63,057 nucleotides of DNA, taken from assembly GCF_001194135.2 (NCBI RefSeq), contig NC_068983.1, positions 158,772,339 to 158,835,395 of the forward strand. Reading direction: 5' to 3'. The number at the start of each line of letters is the position of its first letter. The first letter of the stretch is position 1. This DNA is from Octopus bimaculoides (Eukaryota). Below, piece after piece: positions 10,596 through 23,080 of the stretch. Both the position numbers and the translations under genes were made by a program. Below the pieces are notes generated by a model that ran no database searches, had not been told where the DNA came from, and saw nothing but the letters and a program-made list of their open reading frames with translations.

Positions 10596-13500
10596 TAGCA
10601 ACACAAAATATAACCAAAAGACTCCTACTATTCATTCAAATTGGCAAGCATTTTTCTTGTTCTTTTCGGTCAATTAGGATTGTTTACTGAAGTTGTATTA
10701 GAATGATTGGTGTCCTCGTTACCTGTTTCCAAAAAAGGCGACGAGCCTGCAGAATTGTTAGCTCGCCAAACAAAATGCTTAGCGGCATTTCGTCAGGCCT
10801 TTATTGTAGAAGTAGTAGTACAGTAATCCTTCACTATATTGCAGTTCACCTATCATTTTATTGCAGTCATGGACAAACTGCAATCCACGGCACTTTCAGA
10901 ATAGCTTTCAAATGGAAAACCACGGTTATTTTATGAACAGAATTTGGAGCACTGAGCAAGGTGAATAATGATGAACAGCATTGACTAATAACAAGTATAT
11001 ACTATACTATACTATGCGATACTATACTATTCAAATTAAGCAAGAGAAGCACCTTTAGAGTAATGTCTTTAACTATATAACATATGTTAGCTTTATAATA
11101 TACTTTCAACAATGCACATATGCTGCGTATGTTATATAGATAAAGATAGTATAATAAAATATAATATGTATTCCTCTATCATAAAAAAGTATATTTATTA
11201 CCTATGTAGACATACCTGTATTTCGTACTTAGCAGAATATGAGTCCATGCAAGGGAACAAACAAGGGCTTTATCCATGATCTCATTTCAATCGTTGTACA
11301 ACATTATTTTATCCAGATTTGAGTCTATATATAACCAGTATAGAGTCATAGATAATAAATAGGGTGAATTTCCCATCAAAAGTTATTCTTAATCTTTCAC
11401 AGCTTAGATTCAAGACCTCTTATTGGCACAAAAGAAGCCGTGAAAAACCACTCCGATAAATTCAATTTCAAATCAGCGTCATAAACTTCCTCATTCATCA
11501 TTACTGTTAATTAGATCAAGCTATTTATTCCGATTATGTGTTGCGTTAAATATATCACGTGCAAGCATCCACACTAAGTTGTTATCTCGCCCTGGTATGT
11601 GGAATTCCACGGTGATGACTAAGATAACCAATATCAACAAAGAGAATAGCAACAGCGTTCCATTTTCAGAGCTGAATACTCACAAGCTAAAAGCATTATC
11701 TACCTTGGTTTATGATGCCTTAATGTCAGTACATTAAGAATTAGAATGGACTCAAAGATAACGATAAATTCTAGAATTAAATATATTCTTATTGAATTAC
11801 ATAATTAATGTTGATTTTTTTAAAATATGATCACATTTTCAAAAGGGAAAAGGAAGTTTGCGTGATGTTAATACTTCTTTAGATAGTGGTAGTTACGAAA
11901 GTAGAGTGGGTTAACTTTAATCAGAAATTGAAACAGATCGTTGGCAGTGAATTGGCAGAGTCGTCAATGCATTGGACAGAATGCTCTGTGATATTTGCTT
12001 CGGTTCCCTGCACTCAGAGTTCAAACTCTACAATGTTCAACTTCGCCTTTCATCTTTTCAGAGTCGATAAAAAAAGTTTCAATTCCGAGTAGTAGAATGA
12101 CAGAAGTGTTCGGGCGTCGAACAAATACCTTGTGGTATTTGTGACGGCTCTTTGCGCTCTAACGATAATACTTCACTGACACTGATGGCAAAATGCATCA
12201 ACCTTTTAATGAAAGGCTTTCCCTAGGGCAACACAAGAGGAAAACTTGTATGCACGGGCAGCAGCTAGCCTTGCATGAAACCCCTTGTTAGGTCTGCACA
12301 CTCGCGCGCGCACACACACACACACACNNNNNNNNNNNNNNNNNNNNNNNNNNNNNNNNNNNNNNNNNNNNNNNNNNNNNNNNNNNNNNNNNNNNNNNNN
12401 NNNNNNNNNNNNNNNNNNNNNNNNNNNNNNNNNNNNNNNNNNNNNNNNNNNNNNNNNNNNNNNNNNNNNNNNNNNNNNNNNNNNNNNNNNNNNNNNNNNN
12501 NNNNNNNNNNNNNNNNNNNNNNNNNNNNNNNNNNNNNNNNNNNNNNNNNNNNNNNNNNNNNNNNNNNNNNNNNNNNNNNNNNNNNNNNNNNNNNNNNNNN
12601 NNNNNNNNNNNNNNNNNNNNNNNNNNNNNNNNNNNNNNNNNNNNNNNNNNNNNNNNNNNNNNNNNNNNNNNNNNNNNNNNNNNNNNNNNNNNNNNNNNNN
12701 NNNNNNNNNNNNNNNNNNNNNNNNNNNNNNNNNNNNNNNNNNNNNNNNNTGTGTGTGTGTGTGTGTGTGTTTGTGTGTGTGTATGAAGGTTTCTTTTCAC
12801 CGCATCTGCACTGAAGCTCCGCTCCTTACTTATATGAGATACAAAAGGTTTCATTGTATTCCTCTTTCATCAAATGCAAACTTAACTCATTCACTTTTGA
12901 AATTCGTCCTCGTTTTCACATCGTAATTCAGAGAAGAGCAATTTCCTGAAACTCTTCTAAACAATTCGAATTCACATGAGGCTGAGGAAATGTGATATTT
13001 CAAAAGCAGGAAGTAGTTCCAGTTTTTAGGCGACTTATTTTAATCGTCCAAAAATTCCGGGACAAGGTATGAAGCAAAAATTTAACCCAATTACAAGAAT
13101 TATTGTGTGTGTGTATGTGTGTGTGTGTGTGCGTGCGTGAGTGTGTGCATGTATGAAAGCATGCATGTATGCATGTACTCACATGCGTATACACGATGCA
13201 TTTCAGAAGTCGTCAGATTTTTCTTATTTCTTTCAAAGTAGGATATTCAGATTTCAACGCTCATGTTGTAACACTTCAGTCTCTTCGTGAACAACCAATG
13301 GAAGTCCTCTAAATGAATGTGTCCAGGATCCATGCTACAGCCACCTTCATTTGCAAAACGACTTTCGGTGAGGTTCTTCTTCAGGAAGTTAAGATTCTAT
13401 CCACACATAGAATCGATAAAGCGCTCAAACAGATTACGGAGGTCACACACATAATAGAAAGTAGACCGAGGCTGAGCAGAAAACACGAACAGAATATTAG

Positions 13501-13937
13501 CATCCCCATCCCACAGCCTAACGTCTGAAGGCAGAATAAGGCACAGGAAAAATAAAGGAGACACTGACACAAATAATGCAATATAGAAACCCCATACACA
13601 CACGCACACAAGATGCTCATACACAAGCCGAGCACGTAGACATACACACAGAGGCAGATACAAACGCATGCGCAGACAAGAACACGTACTACCGAAAGAC
13701 AAGGTGGAGTAAACTGTATAAGGCTAGAAAGAAGAGGAAATACAGACAAGGACAAATAGTCATTGAGGAGGTCACTGAATGTGTGACGAAAGAACTCAGA
13801 CAAATATACAATAACTAATAATAATAAAGCTAAACTGAAAGTCAAATAGTAGAGTGTGTTTATTGGCAGAACGACCGTCCCCAAATATAACAATTTCAAC
13901 ACATATTTTCTCACTTAGAACCTTGTAAAACAAATAC

Positions 13938-14070
13938 GTGACAACGTGGGTAAGTGTCTTCAACTACCGGCTCGAGCCGACCAAAGCCTTGTGAATGGAC
14001 GGAAACTGAAAAAAGCCCGTTGTGTGTGTGTGTGTGTGTGTGTGTGTGAAGGAGAGAGGGACAGAAAAAC

Positions 14071-14124
<54 letters not shown>

Positions 14125-14370
14125 CGAGCGAAAGAGAGAGTGGGTGCGTGTGCGTTTGCGTGTGTATCTGTCTTTGGCTTCAGCAGCGCTTGACAACTTG
14201 TGTTGGTGTGTTTACGTTCTCGTAGCCTAGCGGTTCGGCATAAGACACTCATAGAATAAGTATCAGACTTTAAAAAAATAAGTACTGGGGTCGATTCATT
14301 CGACTAAAAATTCTGTAAAGCGGTGCCCCAGCATAGCCGTGGTCTAAGACTAAAACGAATAAAGATAAAA
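13938..14370 (+). mobile_element. Family C SINE (5'-truncated) with internal (TG)n(GA)n
   Basis: Homologous to the reverse complement of 3961-4380 (gccgaccaaagccttgtga..ggaaactgaaa..cccg; tail gcggtgccccagcat..). Confidence 0.75.
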
Positions 14371-14577
14371 CGATAACATACACACACACACACACACATA
14401 TATATATTGTTTATTTGTTATTAGATTCAACATCTGAAAGCACTCCATTCATTGGAGTGTTATGAATGTTTTTAGAAGCATTAATTTGATGTCCATCAGT
14501 AAACAAGAGTGTCATGCTGAAACGAAAAGACTTGATTTTAGATAAACCAGTTTCCTTCTGTGCATACTACATAGTGG

Positions 14578-14961
14578 GAGACGCAATGGCCCAGTGGTTA
14601 GAGCAGCGGACTCGCGGTCGTAGGATTGCGGTTTCGATTCCCATACCGGGCATTGTGAGTGTTTATTGAGCGAAAACACCTAAAGTTCCATGAGGCTCCG
14701 GCAGGGAATGGTGGCGAACCCTGCTGTACTCTTTCACCACAACTTTCTTTCACTCTTACTTCATGTTTCTGTTGTGCCTGTAATTCAAAGGGCCAGCCTG
14801 TCACACTCTGTGTCACGTCGAATCTCCCCGAGAACTACGTTAATGGTACACGTGTCTGTGGAGTGCTCAGCCACTTGCACGTTAATTTCATGAGCAGGCT
14901 GTTCCGTTGATCGGATCAACTAGGACCCTCGTTGTCGTAACCGACGGAGTGCCAACATGAT
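14578..14961 (+). mobile_element. tRNA(Arg-like)-headed SINE, full length
   Basis: A/B-box head (tggcccagtggttagagc...ggtttcgattccc). 10-bp TSD tacatagtgg at 14568-14577 and 14962-14971. Homologous to 21904-22266 and 23081-23454. Confidence 0.9.
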
Positions 14962-15162
14962 TACATAGTGGCATTGTGATGATTGATGAAAGCAACGAGA
15001 TCCTGAGTTTACTCCAAATCAACATGAAACTCGAGTTGCTGTCAAAAACTAGTTAAGTTACAGTACATAAAAACATGTGTGTGTGCGCGTGTGTGGAGAG
15101 AGAGGGTGTGACAGAGAGAATGAGAGAGTGAGAGAGATAGAATATAAGAGAGATAGAATATA

Positions 15163-15264
<102 letters not shown>

Positions 15265-17327
15265 CAAGCATGAATAAAAGCAACGAAAGAGCGAAGAAAA
15301 TGACGGAGCAAAAGACTGACTGTTGAGTAAGGGAAGTAACTCGAATATTTCCTCTATAAAACTTGGTAAACAATGGTAAAGAAAAAAAAAAGACGAAAAG
15401 TAAAGACTTCTGAACCAGGATTTTGCACGGTATATTTAGAAGTGTGTTTGTAAATTAATTATTCAATAATGATTCACCGTAGATTTTTTTCTTCTTTTTT
15501 TTTACTAGGTTTAAGAATTTTGATTCTCATTTACTGTCACCCATTATACATACGTTCCTTTATGCCGGTAATCAACGTAAATCCACACACACACACACAC
15601 CATAGACATACACACATATATCTATGTATGTATGTGTGTATGAGTAAAATGTGCGTGTATATATATATATATGTATGTCTATGAATGTATCTGTGTAAGT
15701 CTATGTCTGCATAGTATTTTAATCAAAGAATTTAGACAATTTTTCAACGATGTAAATACAATGAAAGTACACACACACCCACGTCCATACACCCATGTCC
15801 ACACCTACATACACTTAAGTGAACATAATTACGCGCGCACACAATGCTTGCTCTATCTTCTCTGTCTGTCTGTCTGTCCCTCTGTCTCTGTCTCTGTCTC
15901 TGTCTCTCTCTGTCTCTCTCTCTCTTTCTCTCAACAAGACTCCATATCAACAATGTTTTCTTTTTTCTTTAAAGCAGTCTACTCCGCAATTGACTGTTAA
16001 CAGTCTTGGTCTGTAAGTCGTTTATACAGCTCTCAGTATCAAGTTTCCACTGTAAAAATAGTTACAGCTAATGGATGTATATGATAAACACTTTACACTA
16101 CATGCTACTAATGGTTATAACTGTGCTGTGTTTTTTCATCATACCAGCGTGTAGCCAAATTACACGGATTAAAATAAATCTGTCTTCCTTACATACAAAT
16201 AGATGACTAACTAAACTTAATCGCCATCAGATAACCATTACTATCTCGTGACAGCGCGAAGAGACACACATTTTCGGTCAAACGTCAAACATCTGTCGGT
16301 ACAGAATTACTCTTGATATAATTTGCTGCTAGTCTGTCCTAGATATCAACCGGAAAAGCTTTCTTCAAGCCTTCTCTTGTTTTATTCTCGTCGAACATGG
16401 CAACAAACGATTACCAAGGAATTTCATTCCACAAAAGCAGTCATAAATGTATGATTTCAATTTTAAAATAATCAATTATTCAAATTAAATTTTGTCCTAT
16501 GTGAAACTTGACTCTTTATGTATAAAGCATTCCGTAAGTCTGAAGTTTCCAACGATCACGATAGTCGGAGAAGTCCTTCCTTCAATACTAACTTTTCCTA
16601 ATTCACTAGTTTCAAGTATTCTGTGTGTGTGTGTTGTGTGTGTCTGTGTGTACGCACACGTGCACGTGCACGTGCATGTAAAGTACTGTCGCCAGTAAGT
16701 ACGTCCGTGATTATCCTTTTCTTTCACAAATGTAACTCCATCTTCAACTGCTATCGTGTTTTATATATATATAAATAAATATATATAGTTTTTAAGCACC
16801 ACACACACACATGCGTACAGACGCACCCACACATTACATATAACAGAAGTATTAGATTAAACTAGCTATTTGTGTATCATATTTAATGTATATCCTTCAC
16901 GAAAATGCAAATGTACTGTTGTTTTCCGGAAATGATATTTTTTATGGACGTACTGTGTTTAAAAACAAATATATCAGTAACAGACGAAAATCGTACACTA
17001 GCAGCTACGAGAATGCTAGATGCATATTTCAACCTCGTCGGGTTTTGTCAGTAGCATGTACTCAGTCAATCGTCTGCTAAGACAAAATTTATCGCTACAG
17101 GTATAAGAAAACAGTAATTGAGCAATAACCAATGTTGCAATTGGCCGCCTGGCTGAATAAAGTATGATATACAGATGGCTATTTTAACCTAATACTGCTT
17201 CTTTTGCATATAATGGATTTTAATCAACCGGGTAGCTAATTGCAACATCAGTAATTATTCATTCTCGTATTTGAGAATTATTTCTGTATGCATAGCTCTT
17301 GCCGAAGCGCATTTATCTGCAGACATT

Positions 17328-18647
17328 CAGGGTGTTTGGGCTAAATTTGACAATTTTTTAATGTATCTTTTGTCAGCTTGATGTATTGGTGAACTGTCAA
17401 CACCGTTGACTGGTGAGAAAAAGTCAACAGAAAGGTTCAGAAAAAGTTGAGCTGATATGGAGGACCAGAAGCTATCTGAATATCGGAAAGGAGTTACCCT
17501 TATCATGATGATTCGCACTAGGTATCAAAATGCCGACAACTGCTGCTCAATGTTCTGTGAACGTTGTAAAGGCTGTAAGACGTGACATAGACAGTTGCAA
17601 CGGAGACTACAAGACCGTGGCTAGCAGGCGTCTTGACAGCGCCCGCACGCCGTAGTTCATCCAACAACTGACTAACATGGCCTTAGGCTTAATTCAGATT
17701 ATGTGAATCTGTTGCAGATTGTGGTCAATCCCTGGCTGAAGAAGGTAACTGATGGAAGACCATATGTGTGGCAGCAGGATTTGACTCCTTACCATACCTC
17801 TGGAAAGAATCAGAAGTGGTCGTCGGAGAATTTTCACGACTTCAACCATCTCAGTTTCCTATTTCTTTATTGCCCACAGGGAGCTAAACATAGAGGAGAC
17901 AAACAAGGACAGACAAACGGATTAAGTCGATTACATCGACTCCAGTGCGTAACTGGTACTTAATTTATCGACCCCGAAAGGATGAAAGGCAAAGTCGACC
18001 TCGGCGAAATTTGAACTCAGAACGTAACGGAAGACGAAATACCGCTAAGCATTTCACTCAGCGTGCTAACGTTTCTTTTATCTTTATTGCCCACAAGGGG
18101 CTAAACATAGAGGGGACAAACAAGGACAGACAAACGGATTAAGTCGATTACATCGACCCCAGTACGTAACAGGTACTTACTTTATCGACTCCGAAAGGAT
18201 GAAAGGCAAACTCGACCTCAGCGGAATTTGAACTCAGAACATAGCGGCAGACGTAATACCACTAAGCATTTCACCCGGTGTGCTAACGACTCTGCCAGTT
18301 TGTCTCAGTTTCTAACCTCTTAATTCCCCCAATTGTAATTTCATAGAACACTATATGCGGGACACGGTTGAGAAGGACATCAACTGCACTGTCGGTGACA
18401 CCAAGGCCAAGCTGGTGGCTAAGACCAAGGAGGTGCCCGTAGATCTTCCCAGAAATACAGCGAAGAATGCATGCTCCAAGTTCCGGAGTTGTTTTGATGC
18501 CTTGGTGAAAGCTGAGGGTGGTTACTTTGAGTGAAATGTCATCTCCCAGCAATAATCTAGTTGATATTTTTCGAATTTTCAATAATACTTCTATTTTTGA
18601 GTGAGATGCTTTCTTTCCCTTTTACGCAAACTGTCAATTTAGCCCTG
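17328..18647 (+). mobile_element. maT/DD37D-type Tc1-mariner remnant, interrupted by a SINE dimer
   Basis: Ends cagggtgtttgggctaaatttgaca and tgtcaatttagccctg|ta. Peptide LQIVVNPWLKKVTDGRPYVWQQDLTPYHTSGKNQKW, plus a degraded WPPNSPDxN motif after 18312. Confidence 0.85.
17859..18302 (-). mobile_element. Tandem dimer of tRNA-derived SINEs (gcctttcatcctttcggggtcgataaa central domain)
   Basis: Two head-to-tail copies (about 17859-18075 and 18076-18302) enclosed by one 10-bp TSD, tctcagtttc, at 17849-17858 and 18303-18312. Confidence 0.9.
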
Positions 18648-19156
18648 TAAATGATGGAGAAGTACACATCTAAGTATACTGTCTTTTGTACATACAGAAA
18701 AGAAAGAAGCCATGAAGAGTTGCTATTGTGAAGTTGTCATACTCGTAACTCTGTTGTCGCATTCAAACTCGATCGTTAAGAGGTAAAACAGCAACTATCC
18801 GCTCCTACCTCCCTCCTCTTTCTTCCCTCTCTCCTTTTCTTCATTCCTATCAACTCTATACGACTTCTACTCCTACATATTTGACCTCATCCTTCCCTTT
18901 CTTACTTTTTGACCGTTTTATTTCTTCAAACATTTTAAAAAATTTTGTTCTTCCGGCTTCGCTTTGCATTTCAACTCACATCTGCGGTGAGTTCGAAATT
19001 CCGAGCGATATTGTAACCTTCATTAAATTAAGGTATTCTCGGCCAGATGATTAGCTAATTTGAGTACCTCTCATTGAGTAATTATTACATCTGAGGATCA
19101 GCGAGCTAAACAAACATATGTAGCCTGCATTTTACCCGTTCCACTCCCTCAGTTTG

Positions 19157-19203
<47 letters not shown>

Positions 19204-19213
19204 NNNNNNNNNN

Positions 19214-20488
19214 CACAAAAGGTGTATTTTCCGTCACGAAAAAGTACAAAAAACTGTCAGCTGGAGGAGGGAGAGATAGTTGGAGGTTGGTGAGAGAGAT
19301 TTTCGGAGGTTTGTGAGAGAGGTTATATAAATATATGAATGAAGTGTTTGAATAAAGTGCAATAACGTTCACACTCACTGATGGTCGCTCTCAGTAACTG
19401 CCTTTAGCTTACGGAGTTCTTGTTTTTATAACAATCGAAAAGTAGCCAGAAGGATAGACATATTGTTGAGAACAAATGATTTCGTTGGAGGTCTGTTATC
19501 TCCATTCTAGCCAGTGGTGGCCTAGAAGAGGTTAGAAGGGTCAAGTGGCAAAGACATTATTCTGCTTAGCGAAGGCATCTGGGAAATGTATAACTGCTGT
19601 CATTCACAGAAAAACTATTCTTTTACCGTGAGAAAAGCTCTGTTGAAGTGTTAAGTGAAATTTGGCAATCGAGGATCGAATCCACGCTATGCCTGCATGA
19701 AGCCACTACAAATACGTTGTGGAATAAAAAGTTTATCTCCTGTCATGGAAAAAGTGTAACCATAAAAATGCAGAATTATCGGAGTAATGGGCATTCAAAA
19801 AAGTATGTATGTATAGAAATGTATGAATGAAGTCTTTGAGGTTTAAGATTCAAATTAAGGAAGTGCAATAATAATGTTTAGCAGTCCAAAACTGTGAGTA
19901 GTGAAATGCAAAATTAGGTCGGCTGATCGTGAGAATGAAATATTGATCGCTGTGCTAAAAACTGCAGGTGGTATGCGTTATTTCCCTTGGGTTGTTTAAA
20001 TAAAATATTAGTAATATGTGCTAGATAGAAGGATCCATTGGAGGGGCCCTATTATCGATTTTTTTTTCAACAATTTAAGTATGTCACGATGTTTTCAGAG
20101 ATGAGTTCTACTCACATGTGAAAAAAAGTGATATTGTCTGCAAAAATTAGGAATTGGACACACAAAAAAATCAATATTCAAAGTAATCGAACATAAACAA
20201 TGAAATGGGTTACTTCCTTTGAGTGTTAAAAAAAATATTGTGCAGCTGCTATGGGTTATTTCCCTGGGTGTTTAAAACAAATTAGTTATATGAGGTAGAT
20301 ATTAAAGGTCCCTATTATAAACGGGCCTATTGTCGATTTTTTTCAACAATCTGAGTATGTCACGAGGTTTCCAGACATGGTTTCTACTCACGTGTCAAGT
20401 TTCATCAAAATCAATTAAACGGTGTAGGAGGAGTTAGTTAACAACGCCACAAACAAACACATACCCAGTTTCCTCATGTGTAGTAGAT
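19214..20488 (+). mobile_element. Putative Helitron/Helentron-like non-autonomous element with an internal tandem duplication
   Basis: About 280-bp degenerate direct repeat (approx. 19965-20140 vs 20245-20400) with ggttatttccct motifs. The 3' part aagtttcatcaaaatc..ggtgtaggaggagtt..aaacaaacac..tagtagat resembles rolling-circle non-autonomous elements. The left end lies in an N gap. Confidence 0.4.
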
Positions 20489-20619
20489 ATAGTTCTTAAA
20501 CAAGAATATTATTGACAGTGACTTCAAAGTCAGTGTCAATAATATTCATGTTTAAAAATAATAATTTTTTACTCTAAAAAAGTATAGAGTAACTAATCAG
20601 ATTAATGTAAATTTGTTTA

Positions 20620-20870
20620 TATATAAAATAGAAGTTCCTGGAAGGTCTAACATTCCACTTTGGGATTGAAAGCTATACCAACCACCAAACTGGACATCAT
20701 TGCATAGTATCAAAGATCCCGTACAGAGTAAGGATCCGATACTGTAACAATTTAGGCTTCAAAAACCTGCTAGTTTTCAATATCTTGCCAGAGCTACTCA
20801 GAGGTCTACGATGTGTAGATGTGGATATGTTCAAAGAACAAGACAAATTTTTATCTAATATGTAGTGACA
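20620..20870 (+). mobile_element. CR1/Jockey-group LINE ORF2 C-terminal remnant
   Basis: Degraded frame ..HCIVSKIP.RVRIRYCNNLGFK..LVFNILPELLRGLRCVDVDMFKEQDKFLSN. Confidence 0.6.
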
Positions 20871-21903
20871 ACTTATAGCAGACGACTGTTATATGTTCAA
20901 TGTCCGGAGTTTTATCCACGCATGCGCAGGGACTAGTTCCGGAAGGAATACAGGAAGAGTCTCATGCGCATGCGTAGAGTTTGACACCCAGCTTTGGCGC
21001 CTTTTCTCAGTCTTTTCGTTGACTGATCTCCGTCGAGCCAAGACGTCCAACAGAGCTCTCTCACATGTCAGCACCAGAGCTTCACAAATAACCACGGAAA
21101 TCATTCAGGAGGCGTCTCAGCAACCGAGGGCGACGAGCTACCGAATTCCCTCCAAGCGTGAACTGAATTCCACTGTAAATAAATGTTGTTATGTTGTTCA
21201 GAATCTGCGTTCCGTTGTTTCTTCTAGAAATTTAATGTACGGAAGCGGTGTACACCTAATGGTGTATAACCACTTCCCTACAAATATATTAGATGAACTC
21301 CACATCAATGTAAGAACAGGAAAGAAGAGCAGCTCTGTCCAACTTGCTGTTTCACTAGAGACAGAAATGAGAATAGAGTCGAAAATAAACAAGCATTCGT
21401 GCAAATGACGGTACTTCAGCATGACGACAGCTTCTGGTTGAAATCAATAAGAGATCACACACACACACACATCTCATTTGCTGAACCACTATGATATTTT
21501 ATTACCGATTTTGTAATGTTATAGAGAATCCAGAGTTAACTTTTTTGGCAGCTCAGTAAATAATATGGTAAAGTTTTGGCAGCTAGGCGAACTCGTTTTT
21601 AAAATTTGGCAGTACACCACTGTTTTCTCTCTCTTATATACATATATATATATCAGTGTTCACATTTTTGTCATATTTAACACCATTGAATGTGTGTTAT
21701 ACTATTATTATATATTAGAATGCTAGCCTTACTGAGCAATGTGATTTCAAAACCCATCAAAGGTCTACATTGTGGCATTGCACCAAAATAAATATTCTAG
21801 TAATATTCTCTTATAGAGATAAAGTAGTTAGGTTAACAGAAGCACAATGGTTGATGTGTTATTGAGCCGATGATCATTCGTTTGTACCGTATCTAACACT
21901 GTA

Positions 21904-22266
21904 GTGGACGCGCAATGGCCCAGTCGTTAGGGCAGCGGACTCGCGGTTTCGATTCCCAGACCGGGCGTTGTCAGTATTTATTGAGTGAAAACACCTAAAG
22001 CTCCACGAGGATCCGGTGGCGAATCCTGCTGTACTCTTTCACCACGACTTTCTCTTACTTCTTGTTTCTGTTGTGCCTGTAATTCGAAGGGTCAGCCTTG
22101 TCAGACTGTGTCACGCTGAAAATCCCCAAGAACTACGTTAAGGGTACACGTGTCTGTGGAGTGCTCAGCCACTTGCACGTTAATTTCACGAGCAGGTTGT
22201 TCCGTTGATCGGATCAACTGGAGCCCTCGACGTCGTAAGCGACGGAGTACCACCACCACCAACAAC
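21904..22266 (+). mobile_element. tRNA(Arg-like)-headed SINE
   Basis: 9-bp TSD aacactgta at 21895-21903 and 22267-22275; (CAC)n(AAC)n tail. Confidence 0.9.
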
Positions 22267-22361
22267 AACACTGTACCGAGCACATAACACTGCTCCATTT
22301 ATTCCAGAGATTCTATTTCCATCTATATAAAAGTGTGAAGAAATGAAAAAACAATTGTGAG

Positions 22362-22620
22362 GCCTTAGTTCGATTCCAAGACCGGGCTGTGTGTTGTGTT
22401 CTTGAGTATGACACTTATATCCTGTTGCTCCAGTTCACCTAACTGTACAAATGAGTTGCGACATCACTGGTGCTAAGCTATATCGGCCTTTACCTTTCTC
22501 TTGGACAACGTCGGTGGTGTGGAGAGGGAAGACTGGTATGCTGGTCTTCTACAAGCAACCTTGGCCGGTGGAGAACTTATATCCAGTAACCACTCGACTA
22601 TCATGGGTGTTACGTTCCAA
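22362..22620 (+). mobile_element. Decayed CORE-type SINE
   Basis: Homologous to the reverse complement of 9458-9799 (accgggctgtgtgttgtgttcttgagtatgacactt..gctccagttcac). Confidence 0.65.
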
Positions 22621-23006
22621 AAACCTCCCACAGAAATAATTAAAATCTAAAAGAATATAAATACCTATCGGCCGCAGAAACCTGGATAAACTACAGAGTC
22701 TGCGATATAAATTTACATATATTAGCCAGAAATATCAGCGAGGTACAGAGTGCGTATATACATTGTGTGCATGATTGCCATCGTCACAAAGCCTATTTTC
22801 CACGCTTGCATGGGTCAGGCAGATTTTTTTCGTCCAGGTGCCCTTCTAGTCACCAACCCTTTACTTATTTCCAAGCTAGGTAATATTTCCTCATAGCCAG
22901 ACATGTCCTTACAGAAAATTTGAAATGAATTACATTGCCTGTATGATAGTGACAATCATTTACAACTATCGCACGATGTCAAAACAAGGACACAAACACT
23001 CATTCG

Positions 23007-23044
<38 letters not shown>

Positions 23045-23080
23045 CTTCTTTTGTTTTAGTCATTAGACTACAGGCATGCA

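Noticed and set aside
11397-11501. 34-aa minus-strand ORF ending in SKL (peroxisomal PTS1-like)
   Set aside because: The acceptor has no pyrimidine tract, there is an in-frame stop just upstream and no other exons; most likely chance.
14578-14650. tRNA-like sequence with A and B boxes (also 21904, 23081, 41863, 9730-9799)
   Set aside because: These are SINE heads followed by SINE bodies and TSDs; no intact cloverleaf or acceptor stem, so no tRNA genes are called.
16397-16471. Good-Kozak ATG (MATNDYQGISFHKSSHK) with a possible GTATGA donor
   Set aside because: No downstream exons or promoter evidence; too short to support.
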